A stretch of 64,000 bases of DNA from an uncultured beta proteobacterium (GTDB lineage Bacteria; Pseudomonadota; Gammaproteobacteria; Burkholderiales; Casimicrobiaceae). Position 1 is the stretch's first letter; the number at the start of each line of letters is the position of its first letter. The notes beneath the pieces are model-generated. The model was not told where the DNA came from. It saw only the letters and a program-made list of their open reading frames with translations, and did no database searches. The stretch lies in assembly GCA_963763625.1 (NCBI GenBank), contig CAVXPH010000003.1:327615-391614 (forward strand), in the 5' to 3' direction. Shown piece by piece: positions 20,404 to 29,180 of this stretch. A program made the position numbers and the translations under genes.

Positions 20404-21726
20404 TCAGAGCAGCGTACCGGTCAAAACGAGCTTTGCCACGGTAAAGTAGATGATCAGGCCGGTCACGTCGACCAGAGTTGCGACAAATGGCGCGGAGGCG
20501 CTTGCTGGATCGAGGCCGCAGCGGCGAAGGATGAATGGCAACGCTGAACCGGCCATCGTTCCAAACAGAACAACGCCAACGAGGCTATACGCGATCGTGA
20601 GCGCCAGAACGACGTAGTGCTTACCATAGCTTCCGAACATCGCTTGCCAGGCAAATATGCGAGCCACGCCTATGACGCCGAGAATGCCGCCCAGAACGAT
20701 GCCGGCGAATACTTCCCGCCTGACCACCCGAAACCAGTCTCGCATCATTACCTCGCCCAACGCCATCGCGCGGATGACCAGAGTGGTCGCCTGCGAGCCG
20801 GAATTTCCGCCACTGCTGATGATCAAGGGCAGAAACAGTGCCAGCACAACTGCCCTATCCAACTCGCTCTCGAAGTGGCCCAGGGCCGTGGCCGTGAGCA
20901 TTTCTCCGAGGAATAGGACCGCCAGCCAGCCCGCGCGCTTTTTCACCAGTTGGTAGAAGCCGGTTTCAAGGTATGGCTCGTCCAGTGCCTCCATGCCGCT
21001 AACTTTCTGCATGTCTTCGCTGGCTTCCTCGTCGATGACGTCGACAATGTCATCCAGTGTCACGATGCCTACCATGCGCTGGTGCGCATCGAGCACGGGC
21101 ACCGCGAGCAAATGGCTCTTGCGCAGCAGGCGCGCGACCTGTTCCTGGTCCATGTGTCCGCTGACCGAAACCAGGTCCGTGCGCATGATCTCCCGGACCG
21201 ATATATCCGGGTCGGCCAGGAATAGTTGGCGCAGCGAAACGACGCCAGTTAGACGCTGGTGTGGATCCAGAACGTAAACGTAATCGATCGCCTGGAGATA
21301 ACCCGCCTGCTTCCTCACGTAGGAAATGGCTTCGCCACAGGGCAAGTCGGCGCGAACACGTGCAAAGCGGGGATCCATTCGGCCGCCCGCCTCATCCTCC
21401 TTGAAGGCCAATAGGGCATTGACCTCCGTGCGACTTGGATTATCCAGAAGATCCAGCAAGCCTGTTCGCTCGACCTCGTCGACGTGCTGAAGCACGTCGG
21501 CTGCATCGTCCGGGGCGAGTAATCGCATCCACAACCGACGCTCGCTCTCGGGCAGGGCGCCGAGGAGCGCGGCTTGGTCGTGAACACGGAGCGCCAGAAA
21601 GAAGTTGTCTTGTTGCCCTCGCGGAAGCAGATGAAACCACGCTGCCCGTTCCTGAAGCGGAAGCTTTGCCCAGCGCTCGGCGGCCGATTCGGCCGGGTGG
21701 TGCAGCTGATTGGTCATGTGGCTCAC
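20404..21726 (-). CDS. mgtE: magnesium transporter MgtE
   Basis: 440 aa with an MgtE N-domain, a CBS pair (IMRTDLVSVSGHMDQEQV..., LLAVPVLDAHQRMVGIVTLDDIVDVI) and a C-terminal TM domain (PLIISSGGNSGSQA..., ASAPFVATLVDVTGLIIYF). Confidence 0.92.
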   Translation of the reverse strand: MSHMTNQLHHPAESAAERWAKLPLQERAAWFHLLPRGQQDNFFLALRVHDQAALLGALPESERRLWMRLLAPDDAADVLQHVDEVERTGLLDLLDNPSRTEVNALLAFKEDEAGGRMDPRFARVRADLPCGEAISYVRKQAGYLQAIDYVYVLDPHQRLTGVVSLRQLFLADPDISVREIMRTDLVSVSGHMDQEQVARLLRKSHLLAVPVLDAHQRMVGIVTLDDIVDVIDEEASEDMQKVSGMEALDEPYLETGFYQLVKKRAGWLAVLFLGEMLTATALGHFESELDRAVVLALFLPLIISSGGNSGSQATTLVIRAMALGEVMMRDWFRVVRREVFAGIVLGGILGVIGVARIFAWQAMFGSYGKHYVVLALTIAYSLVGVVLFGTMAGSALPFILRRCGLDPASASAPFVATLVDVTGLIIYFTVAKLVLTGTLL

Positions 21727-21994
21727 TCCCGCTTAGCGAACGTTCGAGAACAGGTGGCCGATTCCATCGCCCTAAGCGCCAGCAAGATTCAGGATGAGAA
21801 TGAGTAGCAGATCTTCTTGCCGGCTTTGATGAAAATCCGCGACTTACACGCGCCTCACGTACTCAGTTGTCAGGGTCGCTTCAGCTGACCGTAAGGGAAT
21901 TCCTGTACCGTGTAAACCTTGCAAACGGAGTAATCAAGCACTCGCGTGTGCATCCAATCGGCCCCTCTTCCGGATCGATCCGCAGCGTCAACAC

Positions 21995-22618
21995 ATGCCC
22001 ACCAAGATCACAACGGTAAGGCATTGGATCGCCACCATGAGCCTTGCGCTGTTTGCCACGACGCCTCGTGCCGGAGGCATCGATCACCGGCTCGCCTATG
22101 ACGATAGTGGAATCTGGAACCATAACGTTGAACTGGCGATGATGTATACGCTGATCGGCGGCGAAGTCGCCTGCGGATTCTGGGAAGGAGGAGAGACCCT
22201 CCCCGGCAAGACCTGCTGGCAGGCCATTGACTCCTCGGCGGTCAGCGCCGTCTTCGCGCAGGCCGGCAAGTACATCTTCACGCGCTCGCGACCGAGCCAG
22301 ACCGACAATCCCAACCTGTGGTTCCAGGGCAAGGGCAATTACAGCTTCCCGAGCGGTGAAGTGACTGCAGTCACCTCGATCGTCACGCCATTCATGCTGC
22401 AGTATGGACACGAATATCCGGCGACCTATGCGCTCGCGCTGTTGCCTTTGTACAGCGGTGTGGCGCGAATGAAGGAATGGGGACATTGGCAGACCGATGT
22501 CCTGGCATCCTGGGCGCTTGGGGGGGTAACCGGCTACTGGGCCTACACGCGCGAAACGCCCCTGATCCTGAGCGTACTACCCCACGGGGTCATGGTGGGG
22601 CTGCACACAGAATTCTAG
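21995..22618 (+). CDS. PAP2-superfamily (acid phosphatase / lipid phosphatase-like) protein, variant motif 2
   Basis: Motif 1 KYIFTRSRP (K-x6-RP). Motif 2 PSGE (canonical PSGH). Motif 3 ARMKEWGHWQTD (R-x5-H-x3-D). Confidence 0.7.
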   Translation: MPTKITTVRHWIATMSLALFATTPRAGGIDHRLAYDDSGIWNHNVELAMMYTLIGGEVACGFWEGGETLPGKTCWQAIDSSAVSAVFAQAGKYIFTRSRPSQTDNPNLWFQGKGNYSFPSGEVTAVTSIVTPFMLQYGHEYPATYALALLPLYSGVARMKEWGHWQTDVLASWALGGVTGYWAYTRETPLILSVLPHGVMVGLHTEF

Positions 22619-23142
22619 TCCAGAGCCGAGCGCCTCCGCATCCACGCTTGCGGGATTAGCCGAGGAGAGGACCAGGCAAGGCTCGTACGGGGCTCGACTC
22701 CAAGCAAATCAGGTCAGCGAATCGGAGCAGATATCGCTAACGCCCCGATGCCGAATCCCATTTTCCGCGCCATTGCGCCCGATTGTTCGCGGCTCAAGAG
22801 AGTGATAGCGCATGGACCCCCGATCACGAGCGCTGGCCGGTGTCCCTTCAAACGTGGATGCATCACACGAGCGCGGTCATCAGCCGGATGGATCTGCGTC
22901 AAAGGTCACTCCGGGTCCGGCATGTCAGCGCAAGGACACGCACGCGGCAACACCGTGACAGCCCCCAAACGTTTTCGCTGCGCCGACGTTAAGCCATAAT
23001 CGGGTCGGTCGCCTGAGGCTGGACCGCTTAGAGCCTTCCGGGGAACCTCAAGATTCTGCGCGGAGAGGACGATTATTGGCATAATGTCGCCTCTGCGTGC
23101 GGCAAAGTCGGCCGCTCGCCCGGTTTTCCTATGGGAGCACCC

Positions 23143-24522
23143 ATGAAATTCTTCCGTTACGTGGCGGTCGTCGCTTCGGCTGCGATGCTGACGCTGGCGA
23201 TCACCGTACGGGCGCAAGACACGGCGCCGCCTCCCCCGAACGCGGCGCCGGCCGCCGCCGCGCCGATCTCCCAGGACCTGCTCGATTCGCTGCTAGCGCC
23301 GATTGCGCTTTATCCGGATCAGCTGCTGACGCAGGTCCTGATGGCGTCGACGTACCCGCTCGAAGTCGTCGAGGCAGCGCGTTTTGTCAAGGCCAATCCA
23401 AACCTGAAGGGCACGGCGCTCGACGATGCGTTGAAGGACAAGACATGGGACCCGAGCGTGCTCTCGCTTGCAGCATTTCCGCAGGTTCTGGACATGATGA
23501 ATGAGCACCTCGACTGGACACAGCGGCTCGGCGACGCGTTTCTGGACGACGAGGCCGGCGTGATGCGCACGGTGCAGTCGCTGCGCCTGAAGGCGCAGCA
23601 GGCAGGCAACCTGCAGAGCACGGAACAGCAAAAGGTCGTGGTTCAGGAAAAGACGATCATCATCGAACCGGCGCAGCCGCAAGTTGTCTACGTCCCGGTT
23701 TACAACCCGACCGTGATTTACGGGGCATGGTGGGCGCCCGCCTACCGGCCATGGTTCTGGTATCCGCCGCCGATTTGGGGCTACCCGCCGTATTCGGGCG
23801 CGGTCGCAGCCGGTATCTTCTGGGGCACGGCCTGGGCGATCACCGCCAACAATTGGGGTTGGTGCCGGCCGAACTGGGGCGGAAACAGCATCAATATCAA
23901 CATCAACAACAACAATGTCTGGGTGAATCGACCGCAGTACCGCAATAGCTACACGCAAAACGGCAACTGGAATCACAACGTCGAGAATCGACGCGGCGTG
24001 GCGTATCGCGACACGGCGACCGGCAATAAGTATCGGCCGACCAATAGCGCCAGCGTGCAGACGCGAGAAAATTATCGTGGCCGCGACAACGCTGCCCGGC
24101 CATCCACCATGGACCGCACGCCGGGCTCCGCAGGCAATGTGACGCGTCCATCGCAGGGCGGGAACAATAACCTCACGCGGCCTTCGCCGGGAACGGGCAA
24201 TAATGTGACGCGGCCCTCGCCTGGAGGAAGCAACAACCTGACACGGCCGTCTCCGGCAGCCGGCGGCAACCAGGCGCGGCCGTCGCCGCAGATGCCTGCG
24301 ACGCGACCGTCGGTACCGTCTGGATCCCGACCGGCGCCGTCCTACACGTCCGACTCGCGTCCCCAGGTGCAGCGCGAAGCAAGCCGCGGCGCGCAAAGTC
24401 GCGCAGCGGCGCAGTCGTCGCAACGCGCTGCGCCGCAACGCACGGCGCCGCAACGCACGGCGCCGAGCGGGAATGGAAACCGCGGCGGCGGTGGTGGTGG
24501 TGGACAGGGACGAGGTCGCTAA
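23143..24522 (+). CDS. DUF3300 domain protein with a low-complexity repeat tail
   Basis: Signal peptide MKFFRYVAVVASAAMLTLAITVRA. The DUF3300 core is LLAPIALYPDQLLTQVLMASTYPLEVVEAARF...WDPSVLSLAAFPQVL. GGGAG RBS before ATG 23143. Confidence 0.8.
   Translation: MKFFRYVAVVASAAMLTLAITVRAQDTAPPPPNAAPAAAAPISQDLLDSLLAPIALYPDQLLTQVLMASTYPLEVVEAARFVKANPNLKGTALDDALKDKTWDPSVLSLAAFPQVLDMMNEHLDWTQRLGDAFLDDEAGVMRTVQSLRLKAQQAGNLQSTEQQKVVVQEKTIIIEPAQPQVVYVPVYNPTVIYGAWWAPAYRPWFWYPPPIWGYPPYSGAVAAGIFWGTAWAITANNWGWCRPNWGGNSINININNNNVWVNRPQYRNSYTQNGNWNHNVENRRGVAYRDTATGNKYRPTNSASVQTRENYRGRDNAARPSTMDRTPGSAGNVTRPSQGGNNNLTRPSPGTGNNVTRPSPGGSNNLTRPSPAAGGNQARPSPQMPATRPSVPSGSRPAPSYTSDSRPQVQREASRGAQSRAAAQSSQRAAPQRTAPQRTAPSGNGNRGGGGGGGQGRGR
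24136..24290 (+). repeat. in-frame tandem peptide repeats (about 4 x N-[VL]-T-R-P-S-P-G-x-x-N-N) inside the DUF3300 gene
   Basis: The translation reads NVTRPSQGGNNNLTRPSPGTGNNVTRPSPGGSNNLTRPSPAAGGNQARPSP. Further downstream there is a perfect 15-nt duplication gcgccgcaacgcacg x2 (about 24430-24460) and a Gly7 run. Confidence 0.8.
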
Positions 24523-25511
24523 TGAAATCCAAACTGAATTTCATGAAGTTCGCCCGGTGGGGCGTTATCCCGCAAACGGCAATCCTGTCCCTGGCCGTGA
24601 TCGCCTGGGCCGTGCCAATCGCGCGCGCCGCGGATCCGGCCGCGGCAGCCCCGTCCGCTCATCCCCGCTACGTCCAAAGCACGTTTGCGACGCCGGAGGA
24701 GGCCGCAGCGGCGCTTGCCGACGCGATGCGCTCCGATGAGCGTAAGCAGATCTGGCGCGTGCTGGGACCGGGCGCGAGTAAGCTCGTCCGCTCGGGCGAC
24801 CCCGTGCAGGACAAGGACGCGCGCGAAGCTTTTGTGGCCGCTTACGAGAAGTCGGTGAAGTTCGAGCGCTCTGACGATAAGGCGACGCTGCTCGTCGGTC
24901 CGAACGACTTTCCGTTTCCGTATCCGCTGGTGATGAAGAACGACCGCTGGCAATTCGATGCCAAGCAGGGCGATGAGCAGGTGCTCGATCGTCGCATCGG
25001 GCGCAATGAACTGTCCGCGATCAGCGTCTGCCTGGCGTATGTCGATGCGCAGCGCGAATATGCGACGTTAGACCGCAGTGGCAACGGTTTGCTCGAGTAC
25101 GCGCAGAAACTGACGAGCACCCCCGGCAAGCACGACGGGCTTTACTGGAAGACGAAGGAGGGCGAACCACCCAGCCCTCTCGGGCCGCTGGTGGCAAGCG
25201 CACGCAGCCAGGGCTATGGCCGGGCGGGTCCCGGAGAGCCGTATCACGGGTACTTCTACAAAATCCTCACCGGCCAGGGCAAGGGCGCCCCGGGCGGAGC
25301 TTACGACTACATCGTCAACGGCAAAATGATCGGTGGCTTTGGACTGGTCGCCTATCCGGCGCGCTGGGGGAATTCCGGTGTAATGACATTCGTTTGCAAT
25401 CATGACGGCGTGGTCTACGAAAAGAGCCTTGGCCAGGACACGCAAGCGATTGCGTCAAAAATGACGCTGTTTGATCCCGATGCGACCTGGCAAAAATCCA
25501 AGGATCAGTGA
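24522..25511 (+). CDS. DUF2950 domain protein
   Basis: Characteristic DGLYWKTKEGEPPSPLGPL...YHGYFYKILTGQG...GGFGLVAYPARWGNSGVMTFVCNHDGVVYEKSLG. The ATG overlaps the upstream stop (TAATG). Confidence 0.8.
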   Translation: MKSKLNFMKFARWGVIPQTAILSLAVIAWAVPIARAADPAAAAPSAHPRYVQSTFATPEEAAAALADAMRSDERKQIWRVLGPGASKLVRSGDPVQDKDAREAFVAAYEKSVKFERSDDKATLLVGPNDFPFPYPLVMKNDRWQFDAKQGDEQVLDRRIGRNELSAISVCLAYVDAQREYATLDRSGNGLLEYAQKLTSTPGKHDGLYWKTKEGEPPSPLGPLVASARSQGYGRAGPGEPYHGYFYKILTGQGKGAPGGAYDYIVNGKMIGGFGLVAYPARWGNSGVMTFVCNHDGVVYEKSLGQDTQAIASKMTLFDPDATWQKSKDQ

Positions 25512-25753
25512 TCGCGTTTGCCTCTGGCCGACGCCACCGTAAGCAGCCGGGGGCTTCGGCGCAGGCTGTCGCGGGCTCCGACAGCGGGCGCGGCCTGGCG
25601 GTGCGCTGCAGGAACGGAAGCCGGGCGGCCTGCGACACAAGGTTCGGCAGGGGCGATTGCCGGCGGCCGACCGCCATCGTGACCTCCGCCGCGGGTTGCA
25701 TCGTGTAGACTTCGAATTACCCTGCGCACGACCCGCAGATCGCCGCAGACGCC

Positions 25754-27079
25754 TTGACCAACCCCCACTGGATACTGGAATCAATCGCCTGGGTGTTCGG
25801 CGCCGGCGCCATCATCACCACCGTTGTGTGGGGAATAGTGTGGACTGACGTCGTGCATTCGATGCGCGCGGTCCCGACGCTGCGGCTTGGGCAGACGCTT
25901 GCAGCCGCCGACCCGCCGACAGGGTGGGTGTGCGCGGTCGTGCCCGCCCACAATGAGGCACGGGTGATCGAGGGCTTCGTCCGGGCGTTGCGGGCGGAGA
26001 CTTACCCGCAATTGCGCGTCGTGCTCGCGCTGGATCGCTGTACCGATGACACCGCGCGGCTCGTCCGGGCGGGGATCGCGGGCGACGAACGCTTCGAGGT
26101 TGTCGAAATCGATGCCTGTCCGGATGGCTGGGCAGGCAAGACCTACGCCGTGCACGCCGGCGTGACACAAGCGCGCGGCGCGCAGGACGCGGAATACCTG
26201 CTCTTTGCCGACGCCGACACGGTCTTCGAGCCGGGTTGCGTCGCGGCCTCGCTCGCCCTCATGCGGCAGCGCAAGCTCGATCTGCTGAGCCTCATCAGCA
26301 CGCTGACGCACGACACGTGGTTCGAGCGGGTCGTACAGACGGCGGCAGCCCTGGAACTGATGCGGCAATATCCACTGCTGCGGGCCAACGGTCTTAAGGA
26401 TCGGCGCGCGTTCGCCAACGGCCAGTTCATGTTGTTCACGCGGGCCGCCTACGACGCGATCGGTGGTCACGCCGCGGTCAAGGGAGCCCTGCTCGAAGAC
26501 CTGGCGCTCGCGCGCCTCATCGTGGACGACCGTCGACGCAACGCCGGCGTTTTCTTTGCGGAGGGGCTTCTGCACTGCCGGATGTACGCGGGCTGGGCAC
26601 AGTTCCGGCGTGGCTGGAAGCGGATTTACACCGAGGCAGCGGATCGCAAGGCCCCGAGGCTGTCGCTTTCAGCTATGCGGGTCCACTTTCTTGGGGTGGT
26701 CCTGCCGTTATGGACGCTTGGATGCGGCCTCTACGGCGGACTGCTCGTCGGCCGCGATTTGGCAACAGGATTAACCCTGCTCGGGCTCTCGCTGGTGGCG
26801 ACGCTGGTGTGGCTGGGCGCGCTCCTGCGCATCGCTGCAGTTGCGCGGGCACCGTTCTGGACCGCGCCCCTGCATTTCGTCGGCGCATGGCTTATCGGAA
26901 AGCTGCTGTACGAAGCCGCAGACGACCTGCGCTCCCGCGTGCCCACGCAGTGGGGCGGTCGGGTGTACGACCTCGGCGTGGGAACGGCCACGCCGGCGCG
27001 AACCGGCGGCGATGCCGGTCCGACGACCGAGTCGACCAGCGTGCAACCGAGATCGCGCGGCGTCAAAAATCCCGGGTGA
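25754..27079 (+). CDS. membrane-embedded family-2 glycosyltransferase
   Basis: N-terminal TM helix, then a GT-A core (AVVPAHNEARVIEGFVRAL..YPQLRVVLALDRCTDDT, DxD at LLFADADT), then several C-terminal TM helices. Apparent TTG start. Confidence 0.75.
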   Translation: MTNPHWILESIAWVFGAGAIITTVVWGIVWTDVVHSMRAVPTLRLGQTLAAADPPTGWVCAVVPAHNEARVIEGFVRALRAETYPQLRVVLALDRCTDDTARLVRAGIAGDERFEVVEIDACPDGWAGKTYAVHAGVTQARGAQDAEYLLFADADTVFEPGCVAASLALMRQRKLDLLSLISTLTHDTWFERVVQTAAALELMRQYPLLRANGLKDRRAFANGQFMLFTRAAYDAIGGHAAVKGALLEDLALARLIVDDRRRNAGVFFAEGLLHCRMYAGWAQFRRGWKRIYTEAADRKAPRLSLSAMRVHFLGVVLPLWTLGCGLYGGLLVGRDLATGLTLLGLSLVATLVWLGALLRIAAVARAPFWTAPLHFVGAWLIGKLLYEAADDLRSRVPTQWGGRVYDLGVGTATPARTGGDAGPTTESTSVQPRSRGVKNPG

Positions 27080-27152
27080 GCCCCGCCGGCCACGACTTGC
27101 TGGGGAATAAACCGCGGCCGACTCCTGTTTTTCGTTTATCGAGGGCAATGCG

Positions 27153-27635
27153 ATGCAATCGCAGATACGGAGCAAGGCTAGCGCCGCTGTCGCCGGATTT
27201 CTGGCGTTGTGCCTGGTCGCCCCTGGCGGGAGCAGTTGGGCGGCCACCGCGGCAATCTACAAATGCCTCGACAGGAACCTTGGCCTGGTCTACACCGACC
27301 TGCCCTGTAAGGACGGAGAGCGACTGGACATTCGGCCGGGCGACGCGGATCCCGCAGCTGTGGGGCTGCTCGAGCGAGAGCGCGAAGAACTTGACCAGAG
27401 CATTTCCCAGCGTGTCGCCGAGCAACGTCGCACCATGCTCGACGGTGAAGACGCGTCGCTGCCTGGGTATCAGCCTGAAGAGGGGGGGGCAACGCCTGAT
27501 GATGGTTCAGCATACGCTTCGGGCTACGGACTCATGTCATTTCCGCGGCATCATCCGATGCACCACCGCAAGCCCAAACTGCAGCACCCGCTCCGTTTCG
27601 CGCCGCGACCGCCGTATGCAGTGCCGCGGCCCTGA
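27153..27635 (+). CDS. DUF4124 domain protein (secreted)
   Basis: A signal peptide is followed by IYKCLDRNLGLVYTDLPC, the DUF4124 signature. Confidence 0.6.
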   Translation: MQSQIRSKASAAVAGFLALCLVAPGGSSWAATAAIYKCLDRNLGLVYTDLPCKDGERLDIRPGDADPAAVGLLEREREELDQSISQRVAEQRRTMLDGEDASLPGYQPEEGGATPDDGSAYASGYGLMSFPRHHPMHHRKPKLQHPLRFAPRPPYAVPRP

Positions 27636-27667
27636 CTGCGATCGCTTGCCCATGCCGCGACGCTCGC

Positions 27668-28270
27668 GTGTGTGCATTGCGTAGGCTTGGCTATCGAATC
27701 GCGAGCGTCTTGTTCTTGCTGCTCGCGCTGCTGGCCCAAGGCGCTGCAGCAGCAACGATCGCAATCGGCGTTACAAGCGTCGCTGACCAGATCGAAATCG
27801 AGGCCAGCGCGTTGTTGAATGCCGATGCAGAAACGGCATGGCGCGTCCTGACCGATTACCCGCGCTACGTGGACTTCATTCCCGGTTTGCAGGAGTGCCG
27901 TGTGATTGCGCGCAAGGGCGCGACGGTCACGGTGGAGCAATCCGGGGAGGTCATGCTGTGGCTGCTGCATAGGCCGCTGGACGTTACATTCGAGATCACC
28001 GAAATGGCCCCCACGCGTCTGGACTCGCGTGTCGTGGCGGGCGATCTGCGCGCTTTCACCAGCCGCTACGTGCTCACTGCCGCGGGCGGCCAGGTGCGGC
28101 TCGACTATACCGGGACGCTGGACTCGGGACTGGCGCTGTTTGGCCCACTCGAGCAACTTGCGGTGCGCCAGAACGTCACGCTCCGCTTCCAGGCCCTCGC
28201 CGATGAGATCGAGCGGCGACCGGGATCGGGGCCTGGCAACGCAGGACTCGGAAGCTTAAACCGTGATTGA
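27668..28270 (+). CDS. SRPBCC (START / polyketide-cyclase-like) family protein with a signal peptide
   Basis: Pattern AETAWRVLTDYPRYVDFIPGL..C.V......V.VEQSGEV... is typical of the SRPBCC/CoxG-like fold. N-terminal hydrophobic leader. Confidence 0.65.
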   Translation: MCALRRLGYRIASVLFLLLALLAQGAAAATIAIGVTSVADQIEIEASALLNADAETAWRVLTDYPRYVDFIPGLQECRVIARKGATVTVEQSGEVMLWLLHRPLDVTFEITEMAPTRLDSRVVAGDLRAFTSRYVLTAAGGQVRLDYTGTLDSGLALFGPLEQLAVRQNVTLRFQALADEIERRPGSGPGNAGLGSLNRD

Positions 28271-28345
28271 ATCGTCCCCACGATGCAATCCCCGGCAGGG
28301 CGATCGGCTAGCGCCGCCGCGCCGGGGCGTGGGGGTGTCGGGTGG

Positions 28346-28907
28346 CTAGCGCTTGAGGTAGCCCGAAGCGTGCATGCACGAAGTGTACGTGTAGCTTTCG
28401 GTTCTCGCGCTGTTGACGGAAAGACATCCATCGTCCACCGGGGCTCCGGCCGTGTATTCCGTGACGACGATGGTGAAGGTCCAATCGCCGGGGGGGGGGA
28501 GGGGTGAACGGAACGGAGCCCGACGAGACATTCGAATAGCTGAATCCCGGGCCCAGCTGACCTAGCGTGTACTCGGCCAGTTTGTAACCGGTCACCGGGC
28601 CGCCACCAAAGGGCCCAGCGATCGCCCAGAGTTCCAGTTGCAAAGGACCGGAAGCGCCTGACGAGTCGAAGTTGCGGATCTCGTCTGCCGTCAGCACCGC
28701 AACATTGCCGGCGTACGTATAAGCCGCGTTGCCGACAAATTTGACGTTCGACGCCACGGCGTCGACGGGCGCGAGCCCGCAGCACGCCATGGCGAACAGG
28801 AGCAGGGCGCCTGATACCAGCCCTCCCAATCGCTGCCGGCCTGCCACCGCCAAGACGGTGGAAGTCATTGTTCCCTTTAGGGAAATCGCCTTCGTAATCG
28901 CATCCAT
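28346..28907 (-). pseudogene. secreted hypothetical protein gene interrupted by a frameshift at a C10 (plus-strand G10) tract
   Basis: The frame of ORF 28308..28922 is compositionally normal up to SVPFTPPPP, then becomes an Arg/His-rich tail. The frame of ORF 28346..28531 is normal after the tract (GDWTFTIVVTEYTAGAPVDDGCLSVNSARTESYTYTSCMHASGYLKR). Removing one G joins the two. The likely start is ATG 28907, 6 nt after AAGGAG. Confidence 0.7.
28490..28499. repeat. G10 homopolymer (followed by A then G4) at the frameshift point
   Basis: Counted directly: the g at 28490 plus nine g at 28491-28499. Confidence 0.95.
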
Positions 28908-28970
28908 CCGACTCTCCTTCATGACATTTTCATCTGCCGTTCAAGGGCACTTCCGACTTCACCACGGCAC

Positions 28971-28985
28971 GCTTGAGATGTGCCA
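28971..28985 (-). promoter_or_regulatory. possible sigma-54 (-24/-12) promoter upstream of the frameshifted secreted-protein gene
   Basis: The minus strand reads TGGCAC-atctc-AAGC. GG and GC have consensus spacing, but the -12 TT is replaced by AA. It lies about 55-65 nt upstream of the candidate start codons. Confidence 0.3.
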
Positions 28986-29180
28986 AAGTGGCTGCTTGTC
29001 GCGGGTCCCACCGCGTCGCGCAATCCCTACGGCGCTCGGCAGGACATCAGCAACATCTGTGCCTGCGTTGCGCGGTCGGGCCATTTCAGGTGGCTCGTAT
29101 AAGCTTGCGGCTGTCGCAGTGCGCCCGGGTGGGACGCAGGTGGTGATTGCTAACGCGCCGGCTTCGGCGGTGGGAATAGC

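Noticed and set aside
21727-21994. Possible M-box (ykoK) Mg2+ riboswitch in the mgtE leader
   Set aside because: I read the minus-strand leader and could not find the conserved M-box core segments or a convincing multi-helix layout. An Infernal scan would be decisive.
22906-23217. Minus ORF containing MPIIVLSAQ, reminiscent of a response-regulator beta-4 strand
   Set aside because: It is a single short motif with no flanking receiver features, and it overlaps the DUF3300 start region. It is most likely chance.
28308-28345. Arg/His-rich C-terminal tail and stop of the 204-aa ORF taken at face value
   Set aside because: The composition changes abruptly at the G10 tract, and the alternative frame gives a normal protein terminus at 28346. 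I treat the tail as a frameshift product.
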